Below, in pieces: positions 27,108 to 39,891 of a stretch of 39,909 nt of DNA. Below the pieces are notes generated by a model that was given only the letters and a program-made list of their open reading frames with translations, was not told where the DNA came from and did not search any database. The stretch spans positions 1-39,909 of the forward strand of contig JAFNYE010000138.1 in the NCBI GenBank assembly GCA_017383345.1. The letters run 5' to 3'. The DNA comes from Alistipes sp. (GTDB lineage Bacteria > Bacteroidota > Bacteroidia > Bacteroidales > Rikenellaceae). Each line of letters opens with the position of its first letter. Position 1 is the stretch's first letter. The position numbers were made by a program, and so were the translations under genes.

Positions 27108-28003
27108 AACAATATCACGACCTGCTAAACCGCATTATAAATGACGGCATAACCAAATCGGACCGTACCGGTACAGGCACAAAGAGCGTTTTTGGTCATC
27201 AGATGCGTTTTGACCTAAGCGAGGGATTTCCATTGCTCACAACCAAGAAGGTGTTTCTTAAGGGTATAATTCACGAACTACTTTGGTTTCTCAAGGGCGA
27301 CACCAATATACAATACCTCGTTGAGAATGGTGTTCACATCTGGGATAACGACGCCTTTCGCTACTACAACGAGCTATGTGTGAAGCACAGCGTGCTTCCT
27401 GTCGATATGGAGACTTTCCTTGAGGCAGCTCGTCAAGGTATCGACTCCCCTATCGAGGGCTACCGTTTTGGCGACCTCAACCGCGTATATGGATGTCAAT
27501 GGCGCAGCTGGGCTAAGGACGACGGCTCAACAATTGACCAGATAAGCCGCGCCGTAGAGACCATTAAGAACAACCCAGACTCTCGCCGTATTATTGTATC
27601 TGCGTGGAATGTTGCTGATGTTGACCAGATGGCTCTACCCCCTTGTCACGCGCTTTTCCAATTCTATGTAGCTGACGGAAAGCTCTCATGTCTGCTCTAC
27701 CAGCGTAGTGCCGACACCTTCCTCGGTGTGCCGTTCAACATCGCCTCGTATGCGTTGCTGACAATGATGATGGCACAGGTATGTGGTCTTAAGGCGGGCG
27801 AGTTTGTCCACACCTTAGGCGATACTCACCTCTACCTCAACCATTTGGAGCAGGTAAAGGAGCAGCTGAGTCGCACCCCGCGCGCCCTGCCTACGATGCA
27901 CATCAACCCCGATGTAAAGTCTATCTTCGACTTTAAGTATGAGGACTTTACTCTTGAGGGTTACGACCCATATCCGACTATCAAGGCCCCAATGTCATTC
28001 TAA
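27104..28003 (+). CDS. thyA: Thymidylate synthase
   Basis: Start ATG 27104 in ATGA overlap with the lpxH stop; [46 protein letters not shown]. Confidence 0.97.
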   Translation: MKQYHDLLNRIINDGITKSDRTGTGTKSVFGHQMRFDLSEGFPLLTTKKVFLKGIIHELLWFLKGDTNIQYLVENGVHIWDNDAFRYYNELCVKHSVLPVDMETFLEAARQGIDSPIEGYRFGDLNRVYGCQWRSWAKDDGSTIDQISRAVETIKNNPDSRRIIVSAWNVADVDQMALPPCHALFQFYVADGKLSCLLYQRSADTFLGVPFNIASYALLTMMMAQVCGLKAGEFVHTLGDTHLYLNHLEQVKEQLSRTPRALPTMHINPDVKSIFDFKYEDFTLEGYDPYPTIKAPMSF

Positions 28004-28013
28004 ACTATCAACT

Positions 28014-28499
28014 ATGGTAAGCATTATTGTAGCGACAGCACAAAACGGCATCATAGGCGACAACAACGCCCTGCTGTGGCATATACGCGAGGATATGATA
28101 CACTTCCGTACCATAACATCGGGTCACCCCGTAATTATGGGTCGAAAAACATTCGAGTCAATAGGTCGTCCTCTGCCAAAGCGCGAAAATGTAGTTATTA
28201 CGCGCGACACAAGCCTCAAAATTGAGGGTTGCACTATGGCACACTCTTTAGAGCAGGCCATCGGTCTGTTTACTGCGGAGCAGGAGGTATTTATTATTGG
28301 CGGAGCGCAAATATATGCACAAGCTATGGCGTTAGCGGACCGCATATACCTCACCGTCGTAAAGAAGGATTATAGCGGCGACAGCGCTTTCCCTGAAATA
28401 GATTACAGCGAGTGGAACGAGATTGAGCGCGAAGAGTTTGATCGTGGCGAGGAGTTCGACCACCCATTTTACTTTGTCACATTGGAACGCAAAAGGTAG
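28014..28499 (+). CDS. folA: Dihydrofolate reductase
   Basis: Start ATG 28014 (MVSIIVA); IG.NNALLWHI.ED, VIMGRKTFESIGRPLPKR, IIGGAQIY, GDSAFP. Confidence 0.96.
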   Translation: MVSIIVATAQNGIIGDNNALLWHIREDMIHFRTITSGHPVIMGRKTFESIGRPLPKRENVVITRDTSLKIEGCTMAHSLEQAIGLFTAEQEVFIIGGAQIYAQAMALADRIYLTVVKKDYSGDSAFPEIDYSEWNEIEREEFDRGEEFDHPFYFVTLERKR

Positions 28500-28501
28500 T
28501 T

Positions 28502-30055
28502 ATGTCACAACTTATAACCCTCACACTCACCCCAAAGCAAGCCGCAGACAGTAATTACTACACCTCTGCGGCGGCTCGCTTTATGAGGGTAAAGCAACAA
28601 GATATAGCCTTGCTGCGTATCGTTAAGCGCTCGGTTGACGCGCGTCGTGGGTCGCTCAAGGTAAACCTTACGCTTGAGGCCTATATAGACAACGAGCCCA
28701 CCCCTGCCCCGCTACACTTTGACTACCCATCGGTAGATAATGGCGAGCCTGTAATCATCATCGGCGCAGGCCCTGCAGGACTATTTGCCGCCCTAAGGCT
28801 CATAGAGTTAGGCAAAAAGCCTATAATCTTTGAGCGCGGTAAGGATGTAGTTGAGCGTGGCAAGGATATTGCCCAAATTCAGCGAGGCAACACCATAGAC
28901 CCCGACTCCAACTACGCCTTTGGCGAGGGCGGAGCAGGCACCTTCTCCGACGGAAAACTCTTTACTCGCTCCAAGAAGCGTGGAGATTACAACAGGGCTT
29001 TACAGCGCCTTGTATATCACGGTGCGACAGAGCAGATACTCTACGAAGCGCATCCACACATCGGCTCGGATCGCCTACCAAAGATTATAGCCGACATACG
29101 CCGCCAAATTTTGGAGTGCGGTGGAGAGATACACTTTTCCTCGCGTGTAACGGGCATTATAGTCAAGAACAACCGCGCCATAGGCGTAGAGGTGGCGGGT
29201 CAAAAGGTTGACGGTATTGCCGTAATCGTTGCCACAGGCCACTCAGCACACGATATATACACTATGCTCCACCAGAGCGGCATACGCCTTGAGGCTAAAA
29301 ATTATGCTATGGGCGTGCGCATAGAGCATCCACAAGCGCTTATCAACTCTATACAATATCACAACGACACTCAAATGGAGTATCTTCCTGCCGCATCATA
29401 CTCGTTGGTACAGCAGGTTGGCGGTCGCGGTGTATATTCGTTCTGTATGTGCCCAGGAGGTTTTATTGTTCCGGCAATGACCGACGAGAGTCAATGCGTG
29501 GTAAACGGTATGTCACCATCACATCGTGGCTCACCTTTTGCAAACTCAGGTTTTGTTACCGAAATACGACAGGAGGATTTTCAGCACCTTGTGCCTCAAT
29601 ATGGTGTTCTTGCAGGGTTGGAGTATCAGCGCCAATTTGAAGCTTTAGCTCGTGAGCAGGCGCCGCTGAACCACAAAGCTCCGGCACAACGCGTTGCCGA
29701 CTTTGTGGCGGGTAGAAACTCCGCTTCTCTCCCCGCGTGTTCCTTTGTGCCGGGTATCGTCTCTTCTCGACTTGACTTGTGGATGCCTGAGCTTATCGGC
29801 TCAAGACTCCGCGAGGCAATACGGATATTTGACCGCCGTATGAGGGGATACTTGACCAACGAGGCCGTAGTTGTTGGTGTAGAGTCGCGTACATCGACCC
29901 CCGTGAGAATACCTCGTGACAAAACTACTCTCTGCCACACTGATATTGACGGTCTCTACCCTGCGGGCGAAGGTGCAGGATATGCCGGTGGCATTATATC
30001 GGCAGCACTTGATGGCGAGCGCATAGCCGAAGCAATCATTCAAAACAGCAAATAG
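28502..30055 (+). CDS. FAD/NAD(P)-dependent oxidoreductase (uncharacterised flavoprotein family)
   Basis: IIGAGPAGLFAA, GEGGAGTFSDGKL, FCMCPGG, GEGAGYAGGIISAALDG. Confidence 0.88.
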   Translation: MSQLITLTLTPKQAADSNYYTSAAARFMRVKQQDIALLRIVKRSVDARRGSLKVNLTLEAYIDNEPTPAPLHFDYPSVDNGEPVIIIGAGPAGLFAALRLIELGKKPIIFERGKDVVERGKDIAQIQRGNTIDPDSNYAFGEGGAGTFSDGKLFTRSKKRGDYNRALQRLVYHGATEQILYEAHPHIGSDRLPKIIADIRRQILECGGEIHFSSRVTGIIVKNNRAIGVEVAGQKVDGIAVIVATGHSAHDIYTMLHQSGIRLEAKNYAMGVRIEHPQALINSIQYHNDTQMEYLPAASYSLVQQVGGRGVYSFCMCPGGFIVPAMTDESQCVVNGMSPSHRGSPFANSGFVTEIRQEDFQHLVPQYGVLAGLEYQRQFEALAREQAPLNHKAPAQRVADFVAGRNSASLPACSFVPGIVSSRLDLWMPELIGSRLREAIRIFDRRMRGYLTNEAVVVGVESRTSTPVRIPRDKTTLCHTDIDGLYPAGEGAGYAGGIISAALDGERIAEAIIQNSK

Positions 30056-30062
30056 CTATATT

Positions 30063-30839
30063 ATGAAGACTAAAGTTAAAGTTGTTGTTCCAATCTACAA
30101 GCCAACATTAGAGGGCCGCGACCTAAAGTCGTTTATCCACAACGCTGAGGTACTCAAGCGCCACCCTATTGTACTATTAGCCCCCGAAGATTTGGATATC
30201 GAGGCTATTCACGCCCTTCTTCCTACGGCCGAAGTAATGCGCGTAAGTGCAAGCTGGCTTGGCAAGAACGGTATTGCGGGCTACAATGATATGATGATGT
30301 CAAAGGAGTTTTACAAGCTCTTTTCCGACTGCGAATATATGCTTATCTGCCAAACTGATGCGTGGATATTCCGCGACGAGTTAGATCAGTGGTGTGACGG
30401 CGGATACGACTATGTTGGTGCGCCGTGGCCAAAGCGTCGTCGCTACTCTATGCCTGTAGTGAGCCAATATCTATGGCTTCGTCGCACTTTTATGCGTCGC
30501 AAAGGCCGAGTATTGCGCCAAGACTACTTCAAAAAGGTGGGAAATGGAGGTCTTTCGCTCCGTAAAATAGACTCATTCATTAAAGCGTGTGACAAGTATG
30601 CTGACCGCATCGCCTTCTTTAAGCAGCGTGGCGGAACAGTATATAATGAGGACTGGTTTTGGGCCCTGACTCCGACTGAGTTCAAGTATCCGACATTTCA
30701 ACAGGCGCTCGGTTTCTCGTTTGACATTAGACCAGAGTTGTGCTACGCTCTAAATAAGCAACAGCTGCCATTTGGTTGTCACGGCTGGTTCAAAAAGCGC
30801 CATATAGAGTTCTGGAGTCCAATAATCGAGAGAGAGTAA
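30063..30839 (+). CDS. DUF5672 family protein (putative glycosyltransferase-like)
   Basis: LICQTDAWIF, YDYVGAPW, VGNGGLSLRK, NEDWFW, PFGCHGW. Confidence 0.78.
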   Translation: MKTKVKVVVPIYKPTLEGRDLKSFIHNAEVLKRHPIVLLAPEDLDIEAIHALLPTAEVMRVSASWLGKNGIAGYNDMMMSKEFYKLFSDCEYMLICQTDAWIFRDELDQWCDGGYDYVGAPWPKRRRYSMPVVSQYLWLRRTFMRRKGRVLRQDYFKKVGNGGLSLRKIDSFIKACDKYADRIAFFKQRGGTVYNEDWFWALTPTEFKYPTFQQALGFSFDIRPELCYALNKQQLPFGCHGWFKKRHIEFWSPIIERE

Positions 30840-30840
30840 T

Positions 30841-30869
30841 AAAGGTGTCCAATCGGACACCTTTTCTTG
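30841..30869 (+). terminator. Intrinsic terminator of the rightward housekeeping cluster
   Basis: AAAGGTGTCC-AATC-GGACACCTTT followed by TCTT. Confidence 0.8.
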
Positions 30870-30880
30870 TAAGTCTATAC

Positions 30881-30912
30881 AAAGAAAGAGAGTCGCAAGT
30901 TGCGACTCTCTT
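30881..30912 (-). terminator. Intrinsic terminator after rpoC
   Basis: AAGAGAGTCGCAA-G-TTGCGACTCTCTT palindrome (30886-30912) with TCTTT tail on the minus strand. Confidence 0.8.
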
Positions 30913-30940
30913 CTCTATTTGGTTATCAGACGAAGTAATC

Positions 30941-33900
30941 TTACTCCTCTGCAGTAAGGATACCCTCAACATCAGCCTTAAGGCCAACAATAAGGTTCTC
31001 ATACTCACGAAGACCTGTACCGCCAGGGATACGGCCACCGCAGATAACATTCTCCTTAAGGTTAACCAAGTTATCGCTCTTAGCCTGAATAGCAGCCTCG
31101 TTGAGCACCTTTGTTGTCTCCTGGAACGACGCAGCAGAGATGAAGCTGGTAGTCTGGAGAGCAGCACGGGTGATACCCTGAAGCACCTGATTTGATGTAG
31201 CAGGAACGATTGGGCGGGTCTCAACAAGCTTCAAGTCGCGGCGCTTGAGAGCTGAGTTCTCATCACGAAGTTTACGCATTGAGATAATCTGACCTGCATA
31301 TACATTCTGTGAGTCGCCAGCCTCAGTAACAACAACCTTATCGTAAAGCTCGTCGTTAACATCCATAAACTCCCACTTATCGATAATCTGGTTCTCGAAG
31401 AAGCGTGAATCTCCCGGATCCTCAATCTGTACCTTGTTCATCATCTGACGAACGATAACCTCAAAGTGCTTATCGTTAATCTTCACACCCTGCATACGGT
31501 AAACCTCCTGTACCTCGTTTACGATGTACTCCTGTACCTTAGTAGGACCGAGGATGCGAAGGATATCGCTTGGTGTAATAGCGCCATCTGACAGAGCCAT
31601 ACCTGCACGCACGAAGTCGTTCTCCTGAACGATAATCTGGCGTGAAAGTGGCACCAAGTAACGACGGATCTCGCCAGCCTTAGAGGTGATTACAATCTCA
31701 CGGTTACCACGCTTAATCTTGCCGTATGTTACCTCACCATCAATCTCAGATACGATAGCCGGATTAGATGGGTTACGAGCCTCAAACAACTCGGTTACGC
31801 GTGGAAGACCACCGGTGATATCACCACCACTCTTACCGATAACACGAGGGATCTTGAACAGCACATCACCTACATGAACCTTACCGTGGTCCTTAACGAT
31901 GATATGGGTAGAAACCGGAAGGTTGTATGAACGAAGCTCATCGCCCTCCTTGCTCATAATCTTGATTGTAGGAGTTACAGTCTTACGATCACGGTTCTCA
32001 ATTACTACGCGCTCTGAAAGACCTGTCTGCTCGTCACGCTCCTCACGGAAGGTTGTACCCTCAATAAGGCCATCGTAAGCAATCTTACCCTCCTGCTCAG
32101 CAATAACTACGGCATTATATGGATCCCACTCGCAAATCAAATCGCCCTTCTTAACCATCTGGTCTTGTGCTGCAAAGAGTGTAGCACCATAAGGCAATGC
32201 GTGAGTATAGAGTGTGATATTGGTATTCGGATCAACGATACGAAGCTCTGACTGACGCGAGATAACGATATTGATAGCCTCGCCCTGAGCATTCTTACCC
32301 TTAACGGTACGAAGCTCATCAATCTCAAGGCGACCCTCATACTTAGACACTACATTAGTCTCGATAGTTGAGCCACCCGCAACACCACCGACGTGGAATG
32401 TACGAAGTGTAAGCTGTGTACCTGGCTCACCGATTGACTGCGCTGCGATAACACCTACAACCTCACCCTTCTGTACCATACGGGCTGTAGCGAGGTTACG
32501 ACCGTAACACTTAGCACATACACCGTGGCGAGAAGCACAAGTGAGTACCGAACGGATATCTACAGACTCAATTGGAGAGTTCTGGATTGCCATAGCGATA
32601 TCCTCAGTAATCTCATCACCCGCACGACAGATAAGCTCCTCAGTGAGTGGGTTAATAACATCGTTAAGGGCTGTACGACCCAAGATGCGGTCATAGAGTG
32701 TCTGAACAACATCGTCATTACGCTTAATAGCTGTTGCATTAAGACCACGAAGTGTACCACAATCCTCCTCAGTAATGATAACATCCTGAGCTACATCGAC
32801 AAGACGACGGGTGAGGTAACCTGCATCGGCAGTCTTAAGAGCGGTATCCGCAAGACCCTTACGCGCACCGTGGGTAGAGATAAAGTACTCAAGCACCGAA
32901 AGACCCTCCTTAAAGTTCGAAAGGATTGGGTTCTCGATAACCTGCTGACCACCCTCAACACCTGACTTCTGCGGCTTAGCCATCAAACCACGCATACCAG
33001 AGAGCTGACGAATCTGAGTCTCAGAACCACGCGCTCCAGAGTGAAGCATCATATATACAGGGTTGAAACCGTCATCATCCTGAGTTAGTGTCTTAACCAC
33101 CTGTGCTGAGAGTTTGTTGTTAACATCAGTCCAGATATCGATGATGTGGTTATAACGCTCGTTATTGGTGATAAGACCCATATTATAGTCGTCAATAACC
33201 GCCTCGGCTGCCTTATAACCCTCCTGAACCAACTCGGCCTTAACATCAGGGATAATAACAGCGTCAAGGTTAAATGACAGACCACCGCGGAACGCATTCT
33301 GGTAACCCAAGTCCTTAATATCGTCAAGGAACTTAGCCACCTTATCAGCACCCGCCTTCTTCATCACTACAGAGATGATATCACGGAGTGACTTCTTGGT
33401 CAAAAGCTCATTTACATAGCCCATCTCCTCTGGTACAACCTGGTTTACGAGAATACGACCAATAGTAGTATCAACGAGGCGGATAACAGGCTGGTTGTTC
33501 TCATCGAGGTCACGCACACGGCACTTAACCTTTGCGTGAATATCGGCACGACCCTCATTGTAGGCGATAATTGCCTCCTCCGGACCGTAGAACTTCAAAC
33601 CGGTACCCTTAACATTTGGACGCTCCTTAGTAATATAGTACAGACCGAGTACCATGTCCTGTGAAGGGACAGTAATAGGCGCACCATTTGCAGGGTTAAG
33701 GACATTGTGAGAACCGAGCATCAAGAGCTGAGCCTCCAAAATTGCAGCATTGCCAAGCGGCAAGTGTACCGCCATCTGGTCACCATCGAAGTCCGCGTTG
33801 AACGCAGTACAAGAGAGTGGGTGAAGCTGCATTGCCTTACCCTCGATAAGCTTAGGCTGGAATGCCTGAATACCGAGACGGTGAAGGGTTGGAGCACGGT

Positions 33901-35200
33901 TCATAAGTACAGGGTGACCCTTTATCACATTCTCAAGGATGCCCCAGATAACCGGATCCTTGCGGTCAATAATCTTCTTAGCGCTCTTTACAGTCTTTAC
34001 AATACCGCGCTCAATGAGCTTGCGGATAATAAATGGCTTGTAAAGCTCTGCCGCCATATCCTTTGGAATACCCATCTCGTGCATCTTAAGCTCTGGGCCT
34101 ACGACGATAACCGAACGAGCTGAGTAGTCAACACGCTTACCGAGCAAGTTCTGACGGAAGCGACCCTGCTTACCCTTGAGTGAGTCAGAGAGTGACTTGA
34201 GTGGACGGTTGCTCTCATTCTTGACAGCATTGCTCTTACGAGAGTTGTCAAACAATGAGTCAACAGCCTCCTGAAGCATACGCTTCTCATTACGCAAGAT
34301 TACCTCTGGTGCCTTAATCTCAATCAGGCGCTTAAGACGGTTGTTACGGATAATTACGCGACGATAGAGGTCGTTCAAGTCAGATGTTGCAAAACGACCA
34401 CCATCCAGCGGAACGAGCGGACGAAGCTCCGGTGGAATTACCGGAATAACATCGAGTACCATCCACTCAGGGCGGTTTTTACCCTGCGATGCGCGGAATG
34501 ACTCGATAACATTGAGCTGCTTGAGGCTCTCGCTCTTACGCTGCTGTGATGTCTCGCGTGAAGCGCGGTCACGAAGGTCGTAAGACATTCTGTCGAGGTC
34601 AACCTCCTGAAGAAGGAGCTTGATAGCCTCAGCACCCATCATTGCTACGAACTTGTTTGGATCGCCATCAGGCAAAGACTGGTTGTCTGCAGGCAGGGCG
34701 TCGATGATGTCGCAGTACTCCTTCTCTGCAAGAGTCTGATACTTAGCTACACCCAGCTTCTCTGCTGCACCAGCGTTGATGACAACATAGCGCTCGTAGT
34801 ATATAATACCCTCCAACTTCTTAGACGGAATACCCAAAAGGTAACCAATCTTTGAAGGGAGCGACTTGAAATACCAAATGTGAACTACCGGAACGACAAG
34901 GGAGATGTGACCCATACGCTCGCGACGCACCTTCTTCTCGGTAACCTCAACACCGCATCGGTCGCAGACAATGCCCTTATAGCGGATACGCTTGTACTTA
35001 CCGCAATTACACTCATAATCCTTTACAGGACCGAAGATGCGCTCGCAGAACAGACCGTCACGCTCAGGCTTGTAGGTACGATAGTTGATGGTTTCAGGCT
35101 TCAGCACCTCACCGCTCGACTGAGCCAAAATCTCCTCTGGAGAGGCCAGGCTGATCGAAATGCGGCTATAACCGGTTGTATTATCTTTATTGCTTGCCAT
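30941..35200 (-). CDS. rpoC: RNA polymerase beta-prime subunit
   Basis: NADFDGD catalytic motif, N-terminal Zn ribbon, [19 protein letters not shown]. Confidence 0.99.
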   Translation of the reverse strand: MASNKDNTTGYSRISISLASPEEILAQSSGEVLKPETINYRTYKPERDGLFCERIFGPVKDYECNCGKYKRIRYKGIVCDRCGVEVTEKKVRRERMGHISLVVPVVHIWYFKSLPSKIGYLLGIPSKKLEGIIYYERYVVINAGAAEKLGVAKYQTLAEKEYCDIIDALPADNQSLPDGDPNKFVAMMGAEAIKLLLQEVDLDRMSYDLRDRASRETSQQRKSESLKQLNVIESFRASQGKNRPEWMVLDVIPVIPPELRPLVPLDGGRFATSDLNDLYRRVIIRNNRLKRLIEIKAPEVILRNEKRMLQEAVDSLFDNSRKSNAVKNESNRPLKSLSDSLKGKQGRFRQNLLGKRVDYSARSVIVVGPELKMHEMGIPKDMAAELYKPFIIRKLIERGIVKTVKSAKKIIDRKDPVIWGILENVIKGHPVLMNRAPTLHRLGIQAFQPKLIEGKAMQLHPLSCTAFNADFDGDQMAVHLPLGNAAILEAQLLMLGSHNVLNPANGAPITVPSQDMVLGLYYITKERPNVKGTGLKFYGPEEAIIAYNEGRADIHAKVKCRVRDLDENNQPVIRLVDTTIGRILVNQVVPEEMGYVNELLTKKSLRDIISVVMKKAGADKVAKFLDDIKDLGYQNAFRGGLSFNLDAVIIPDVKAELVQEGYKAAEAVIDDYNMGLITNNERYNHIIDIWTDVNNKLSAQVVKTLTQDDDGFNPVYMMLHSGARGSETQIRQLSGMRGLMAKPQKSGVEGGQQVIENPILSNFKEGLSVLEYFISTHGARKGLADTALKTADAGYLTRRLVDVAQDVIITEEDCGTLRGLNATAIKRNDDVVQTLYDRILGRTALNDVINPLTEELICRAGDEITEDIAMAIQNSPIESVDIRSVLTCASRHGVCAKCYGRNLATARMVQKGEVVGVIAAQSIGEPGTQLTLRTFHVGGVAGGSTIETNVVSKYEGRLEIDELRTVKGKNAQGEAINIVISRQSELRIVDPNTNITLYTHALPYGATLFAAQDQMVKKGDLICEWDPYNAVVIAEQEGKIAYDGLIEGTTFREERDEQTGLSERVVIENRDRKTVTPTIKIMSKEGDELRSYNLPVSTHIIVKDHGKVHVGDVLFKIPRVIGKSGGDITGGLPRVTELFEARNPSNPAIVSEIDGEVTYGKIKRGNREIVITSKAGEIRRYLVPLSRQIIVQENDFVRAGMALSDGAITPSDILRILGPTKVQEYIVNEVQEVYRMQGVKINDKHFEVIVRQMMNKVQIEDPGDSRFFENQIIDKWEFMDVNDELYDKVVVTEAGDSQNVYAGQIISMRKLRDENSALKRRDLKLVETRPIVPATSNQVLQGITRAALQTTSFISAASFQETTKVLNEAAIQAKSDNLVNLKENVICGGRIPGGTGLREYENLIVGLKADVEGILTAEE

Positions 35201-35233
35201 ATTTGTTACTAATTTTTATATACCTACTTATTA

Positions 35234-38200
35234 TTACTCAAGTTTTACTGAGAGTGCCAAACCGCGAAGCTCGTGCAAGAGCACATTCATAGCCTCTGGA
35301 ATACCCGGCTTTGGAAGGTTGTCGCCCTTAACAATAGCCTCGTATGTCTTAGCACGGCCTGTAACATCATCAGACTTAACGGTCAAGATCTCCTGAAGGA
35401 TATTTGCTGCGCCGAAGCCCTCGAGCGCCCAAACCTCCATCTCTCCGAAACGCTGACCACCAAACTGTGCCTTACCACCAAGTGGCTGCTGTGTGATGAG
35501 CGAGTAAGGACCGATAGAACGGGCGTGCATCTTATCGTCGATCATATGGCCCAGCTTAAGCATATAAATCACACCAACTGTTGCCGGCTGGTCGAAGCGC
35601 TCACCTGTACCTCCATCATAGAGGTATGTGCGACCGCTGCGTGGAATACCTGCCTGTGCGGTGTACTCGTTAATCTGCTCAAGTGAAGCACCGTCGAAGA
35701 TAGGGGTAGCGAACTTAAGACCGAGCTCACGACCTGCCCAACCCAATACGGTCTCATAAATCTGACCGAGGTTCATACGAGATGGCACACCAAGTGGGTT
35801 CAAGCAGATGTCAACGATAGTACCATCCTCAAGGAACGGCATATCCTCGTCGCGTACAATCTTAGCAACAATACCCTTGTTACCGTGACGACCCGCCATC
35901 TTATCACCTACCTTAAGCTTACGCTTCTTACCGATGTAAACCTTAGCAACCTGAATAACGCCGGCCTGTGGAAGCTCGTCGCCATTGGTGAGGTTAATCT
36001 TCTCACGCTTAATAGCGGCGTCAACCTTCTTAACCTCAATAATATAGTTGTTGATAGTTGTACCTACCAATGAGTTGATATGCTCATCAGCGGTCCAATT
36101 ATAGTGACCCAAGTCGAGGTAACCCAACTCGAGTTTGCTCTTCTCGTCAATCTTCTTACGAGCGATATCCTCCAACATCTTCTGGGTGAACTTAGCACCA
36201 GCGGCATAAATCTCTACACCGAAGTAGTCGTGGATACCTGTAGTAACCTGATCCTGAAGCAGAGTCATCAACTTACCAACAAGAACCTCTGTGAGGGCTG
36301 CAACCTGCTCGAAGTGCTTCTCGTCAACCTTAGCAAGCATCTCCTTCTCCGCATTGCGGTTCTTCTTGTCGGTGATATTTGCACGGCTATAGAGGCGTGT
36401 GTCGATAACAGTACCGAAAAGTGAAGGCTGAGCCTTGAGTGACGCATCCTTAACATCGCCCGCCTTGTCACCGAAGATAGCACGCAACAACTTCTCCTCT
36501 GGCGAAGGATCGCTCTCTCCCTTAGGGGTAATCTTACCAATCATAATATCGCCAGGCTTGATGTTTGCACCGATACGGATAATACCGTTTGCATCCAAGT
36601 CCTTAGTTGCATCCTCGCTAACATTCGGAATATCAGAAGTAAGCTCCTCCTTACCACGCTTAGTATCACGCACCTCGAGAATATACTCGTCAACATGTAC
36701 TGATGTGAAGAGGTCCTCACGCTGGATACGCTCCGAGATAACGATAGCATCCTCGAAGTTATAACCCTTCCATGGCATAAATGCAACCTTCAAGTTACGA
36801 CCCAAAGCAAGCTCGCCTGCCTGAGTTGAGTAACCCTCAGTCAAAATCTGACCTGCCTTAACACGCTCACCGGTAAGCACTGTAGGCTTAAGGGTAACAG
36901 AGGTGTTCTGGTTGGTACGACGGTAGCGTGGAAGTGTGTAAGTTGTAATCTCAGGATCGAAAGTGCAGATATTCTGCTCCTCAGTACGGTCGTAGCGGAT
37001 ATCGATGCGGGTAGCATCTGCAAAGACAACCTCACCATCGCCCTTAGCAACAACCTGAATACGGCTATCAGAGATCATATCCTTCTCAATACCTGTACCT
37101 ACGATAGGAGCCTCACAAGTTACAAGCGGCACTGCCTGACGCATCATGTTCGATCCCATCAATGCACGGTTCGCGTCATCGTGCTCAAGGAACGGAATAA
37201 GGCTCGCTGCAATAGAGGCAACCTGGTTAGGAGCAACATCCATCAAGTTTACATCAACATCGTGAACTACAGGGAAGTCTGCGCCCTCACGAGCCTTGAT
37301 ACGATCCTTACGAACAAAGTGACCGTCGTCGGTAAGCGGCTCGTTAGACTGTGCTACAATCTGACCCTCCTCCTCTTCTGCTGAGTAGTAACGGATGTGT
37401 GAGTTATCAAGGTCAACAACGCCATTCTCTACGCTGCGGTATGGAGTCTCGATGAAGCCCATATCCGAAATCTTAGCGAATACACACAATGACGAAATAA
37501 GACCGATGTTTGGACCCTCAGGTGACTCAATAGGACAGAGACGACCATAGTGGGTATAGTGTACATCTCGCACCTCGAAGCCTGCACGGTCACGAGAAAG
37601 ACCACCAGGACCGAGCGCAGACAAACGACGCTTGTGAGTAACCTCAGCAAGTGGGTTAATCTGGTCCATAAACTGCGAGAGCTGTGAAGTACCGAAGAAT
37701 GAGTTAATAACGCTTGACAAGGTCTTTGCGTTAATCAAATCTACCGGTGTAAAGTTCTCATTATCACGAACATTCATACGCTCACGAATAGTACGGGCCA
37801 TACGAACGAAACCGATAGAGAACTGGTTTGAAAGCTGCTCACCTACGGTGCGAACACGACGGTTTGACAAGTGGTCAATATCGTCAAGCTCAGCACGAGA
37901 GTTGATAAGCTGGATAAGGTACTTGATAATCGCGATAATATCCTCACGAGTAAGGGTGCGGATTGAAGGGTCGATAGCAAGCTCGAGCTTCTTGTTGATA
38001 CGGAAGCGGCCTACATCACCCAAGTCATAACGCTTGTCCGAGAAGAAGAGCTTGTCGATTACATCGCGAGCGGTAGTGTCATCCGGAGCCTCAGATGCAC
38101 GGAGCTGACGGTAGATGTAACGAACAGCGTCAACCTCAGAGTTACAAGTATCCTTCTGGAGTGTGTTATAGATAATCGAGAAATCGATGCCTGACGGGTT

Positions 38201-39094
38201 CTCCTTGTGGAGGATGATAGTCTTAACACCGCTCTCGAGAATAGACTCAATATGCTTCTCCTCAAGCACTGTCTCACGATCTACAACTACCTCGTTACGC
38301 TCGATAGATACAACCTCGCCGGTATCCTCATCAACGAAGTCCTCTACCCAAGTAGAGAGTACACGAGCGGCAAGTTTACGACCTACAGCCTTCTTGAGGT
38401 TGGTCTTAGAGACCTTCATCTCATCTGCAAGGTCAAAGATATCGAGAATTTGCTGGTCGGTCTCAAAACCGATAGCACGAAGCAATGTTGTTACAGGCAA
38501 CTTCTTCTTACGGTCGATATATGCGTACATCACATTGTTGATGTCAGTCGCGAACTCGATCCAAGAACCCTTGAATGGGATGATACGAGCTGAGTAGAGC
38601 TTAGTTCCGTTAGTGTGAACACTCTGACCGAAGAATACACCAGGTGAACGGTGCAACTGAGAAACGATTACGCGCTCTGCGCCATTGATGACGAAGGTGC
38701 CTCGCTCCGTCATATAAGGTACATTACCCAAATATACATCCTGAACTATTGTGTTGTTGCCCTCCTGATCTGACTCATAGTTGCAAGTAAGACGCAACTT
38801 AGCCTTCAAAGGCACATTGTAGGTCATACCACGCTCAAGACACTCTTCGATAGTGTAGCGAGGTGAATCTACAAAATAGTCGAGGAACTCCAATACATAG
38901 TGATTGTGAGTATCGGTAATAGGGAAATTCTCCTGAAAGACTCTGAATAAGCCCTCACCCTTACGCTGCTCTGAGGTAGAGTTGAGCTGGAAAAAGTCTT
39001 TGAATGATTTAAGCTGTATCTCCAACAGGTCTGGATAAGGCACACGATTCTTAACCGTGGAGAAGCTGATTCGATTTTGTGTGTTTGTGGACAT
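35234..39094 (-). CDS. rpoB: RNA polymerase beta subunit
   Basis: [45 protein letters not shown]. Confidence 0.99.
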   Translation of the reverse strand: MSTNTQNRISFSTVKNRVPYPDLLEIQLKSFKDFFQLNSTSEQRKGEGLFRVFQENFPITDTHNHYVLEFLDYFVDSPRYTIEECLERGMTYNVPLKAKLRLTCNYESDQEGNNTIVQDVYLGNVPYMTERGTFVINGAERVIVSQLHRSPGVFFGQSVHTNGTKLYSARIIPFKGSWIEFATDINNVMYAYIDRKKKLPVTTLLRAIGFETDQQILDIFDLADEMKVSKTNLKKAVGRKLAARVLSTWVEDFVDEDTGEVVSIERNEVVVDRETVLEEKHIESILESGVKTIILHKENPSGIDFSIIYNTLQKDTCNSEVDAVRYIYRQLRASEAPDDTTARDVIDKLFFSDKRYDLGDVGRFRINKKLELAIDPSIRTLTREDIIAIIKYLIQLINSRAELDDIDHLSNRRVRTVGEQLSNQFSIGFVRMARTIRERMNVRDNENFTPVDLINAKTLSSVINSFFGTSQLSQFMDQINPLAEVTHKRRLSALGPGGLSRDRAGFEVRDVHYTHYGRLCPIESPEGPNIGLISSLCVFAKISDMGFIETPYRSVENGVVDLDNSHIRYYSAEEEEGQIVAQSNEPLTDDGHFVRKDRIKAREGADFPVVHDVDVNLMDVAPNQVASIAASLIPFLEHDDANRALMGSNMMRQAVPLVTCEAPIVGTGIEKDMISDSRIQVVAKGDGEVVFADATRIDIRYDRTEEQNICTFDPEITTYTLPRYRRTNQNTSVTLKPTVLTGERVKAGQILTEGYSTQAGELALGRNLKVAFMPWKGYNFEDAIVISERIQREDLFTSVHVDEYILEVRDTKRGKEELTSDIPNVSEDATKDLDANGIIRIGANIKPGDIMIGKITPKGESDPSPEEKLLRAIFGDKAGDVKDASLKAQPSLFGTVIDTRLYSRANITDKKNRNAEKEMLAKVDEKHFEQVAALTEVLVGKLMTLLQDQVTTGIHDYFGVEIYAAGAKFTQKMLEDIARKKIDEKSKLELGYLDLGHYNWTADEHINSLVGTTINNYIIEVKKVDAAIKREKINLTNGDELPQAGVIQVAKVYIGKKRKLKVGDKMAGRHGNKGIVAKIVRDEDMPFLEDGTIVDICLNPLGVPSRMNLGQIYETVLGWAGRELGLKFATPIFDGASLEQINEYTAQAGIPRSGRTYLYDGGTGERFDQPATVGVIYMLKLGHMIDDKMHARSIGPYSLITQQPLGGKAQFGGQRFGEMEVWALEGFGAANILQEILTVKSDDVTGRAKTYEAIVKGDNLPKPGIPEAMNVLLHELRGLALSVKLE

Positions 39095-39125
39095 AGTATC
39101 CGATTTGTTTTTTTGTGAGTACTCG

Positions 39126-39387
39126 TAAGGGAAAAACTACCCTTAAAAACGGCGTTATTTGACACCGCTAATGCCCTCGAATGGTGCATAGCACCCCTGA
39201 GAGCATCCGTGGGATATATTTTATCGGCTTGTCTCCACTACCTTCATAGACGAACTGTTTTTCGTGCATCGGATCGTCGCTCTCGGCATCCTTCAGCACG
39301 AGCTGTCTCTTCGATCTATCAAGGTTATGGGCTTGCCAACAATCCCATATTACATTGCGGCACAGCATAGCACTCCGCAAATGCAAT
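39126..39387 (-). ncRNA. Candidate structured RNA in the rpoB leader (seven consecutive stem-loops)
   Basis: Abutting hairpins found by eye; A-C mismatches on plus become G-U pairs on the minus (transcribed) strand; no family recognised. Confidence 0.4.
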
Positions 39388-39444
39388 TTTTCTATTTTAT
39401 GGTCGCCACTCCGTGTATTGCGCAAAAACGGAATTTTAGACCAG

Positions 39445-39486
39445 AAAAGGCATAGAGCTTACACTGCAGTGGTAAGCTCTACACCT
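39445..39486 (-). terminator. Terminator/attenuator hairpin after rplL
   Basis: TAGAGCTTAC (39453-39462) / GTAAGCTCTA (39472-39481), extended by AGG/CCT, followed by TTTT on the minus strand. Confidence 0.7.
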
Positions 39487-39516
39487 GTGAAGGGCTTGGA
39501 TGAACCAAGTAACGAA

Positions 39517-39891
39517 TTACTTAAGCTCAACCTCAGCACCAGCCTCCTCGAGAGCAGCCTTGAGAGCCTCAGCCTCCTCCTTAGAAACACCCTCCTTAAC
39601 AGCCTTAGGAGCTGCATCAACGAGAGCCTTAGCGTCACCAAGTGAGAGACCAGCAGCCTCCTTAACAGCCTTGATAACCTGAAGCTTAGCCTGACCTGCG
39701 CTCTTAAGAACTACATCGAAAGTAGTCTTCTCAGCAACAGCAGCCTCACCTGCAGCAGCAGGAGCAGCAACAGCAACAGCTGCAGCAGCAGGCTCAATAC
39801 CGTACTCCTCCTTGAGGATGGTAGCCAATTCGTTTACCTCTTTAACAGTCAAGTTTACCAACTCCTCTGCCAATACTTTTACATCTGCCAT
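39517..39891 (-). CDS. rplL: 50S ribosomal protein L7/L12
   Basis: [13 protein letters not shown], Ala-rich hinge, [20 protein letters not shown]. Confidence 0.99.
   Translation of the reverse strand: MADVKVLAEELVNLTVKEVNELATILKEEYGIEPAAAAVAVAAPAAAGEAAVAEKTTFDVVLKSAGQAKLQVIKAVKEAAGLSLGDAKALVDAAPKAVKEGVSKEEAEALKAALEEAGAEVELK

Noticed and set aside
37600-37700. Rifampicin-resistance allele of rpoB
   Set aside because: Cluster I residues equivalent to E. coli Q513, D516, H526, R529, S531 and L533 are intact; the Ala at the S522 position looks like normal lineage variation
39168-39645. Small ORFs in the rplL-rpoB gap (39168-39425, 39264-39455, 39355-39645)
   Set aside because: No recognisable motifs or host codon bias; region better explained by RNA structure, though the 85-aa ORF is not formally excluded
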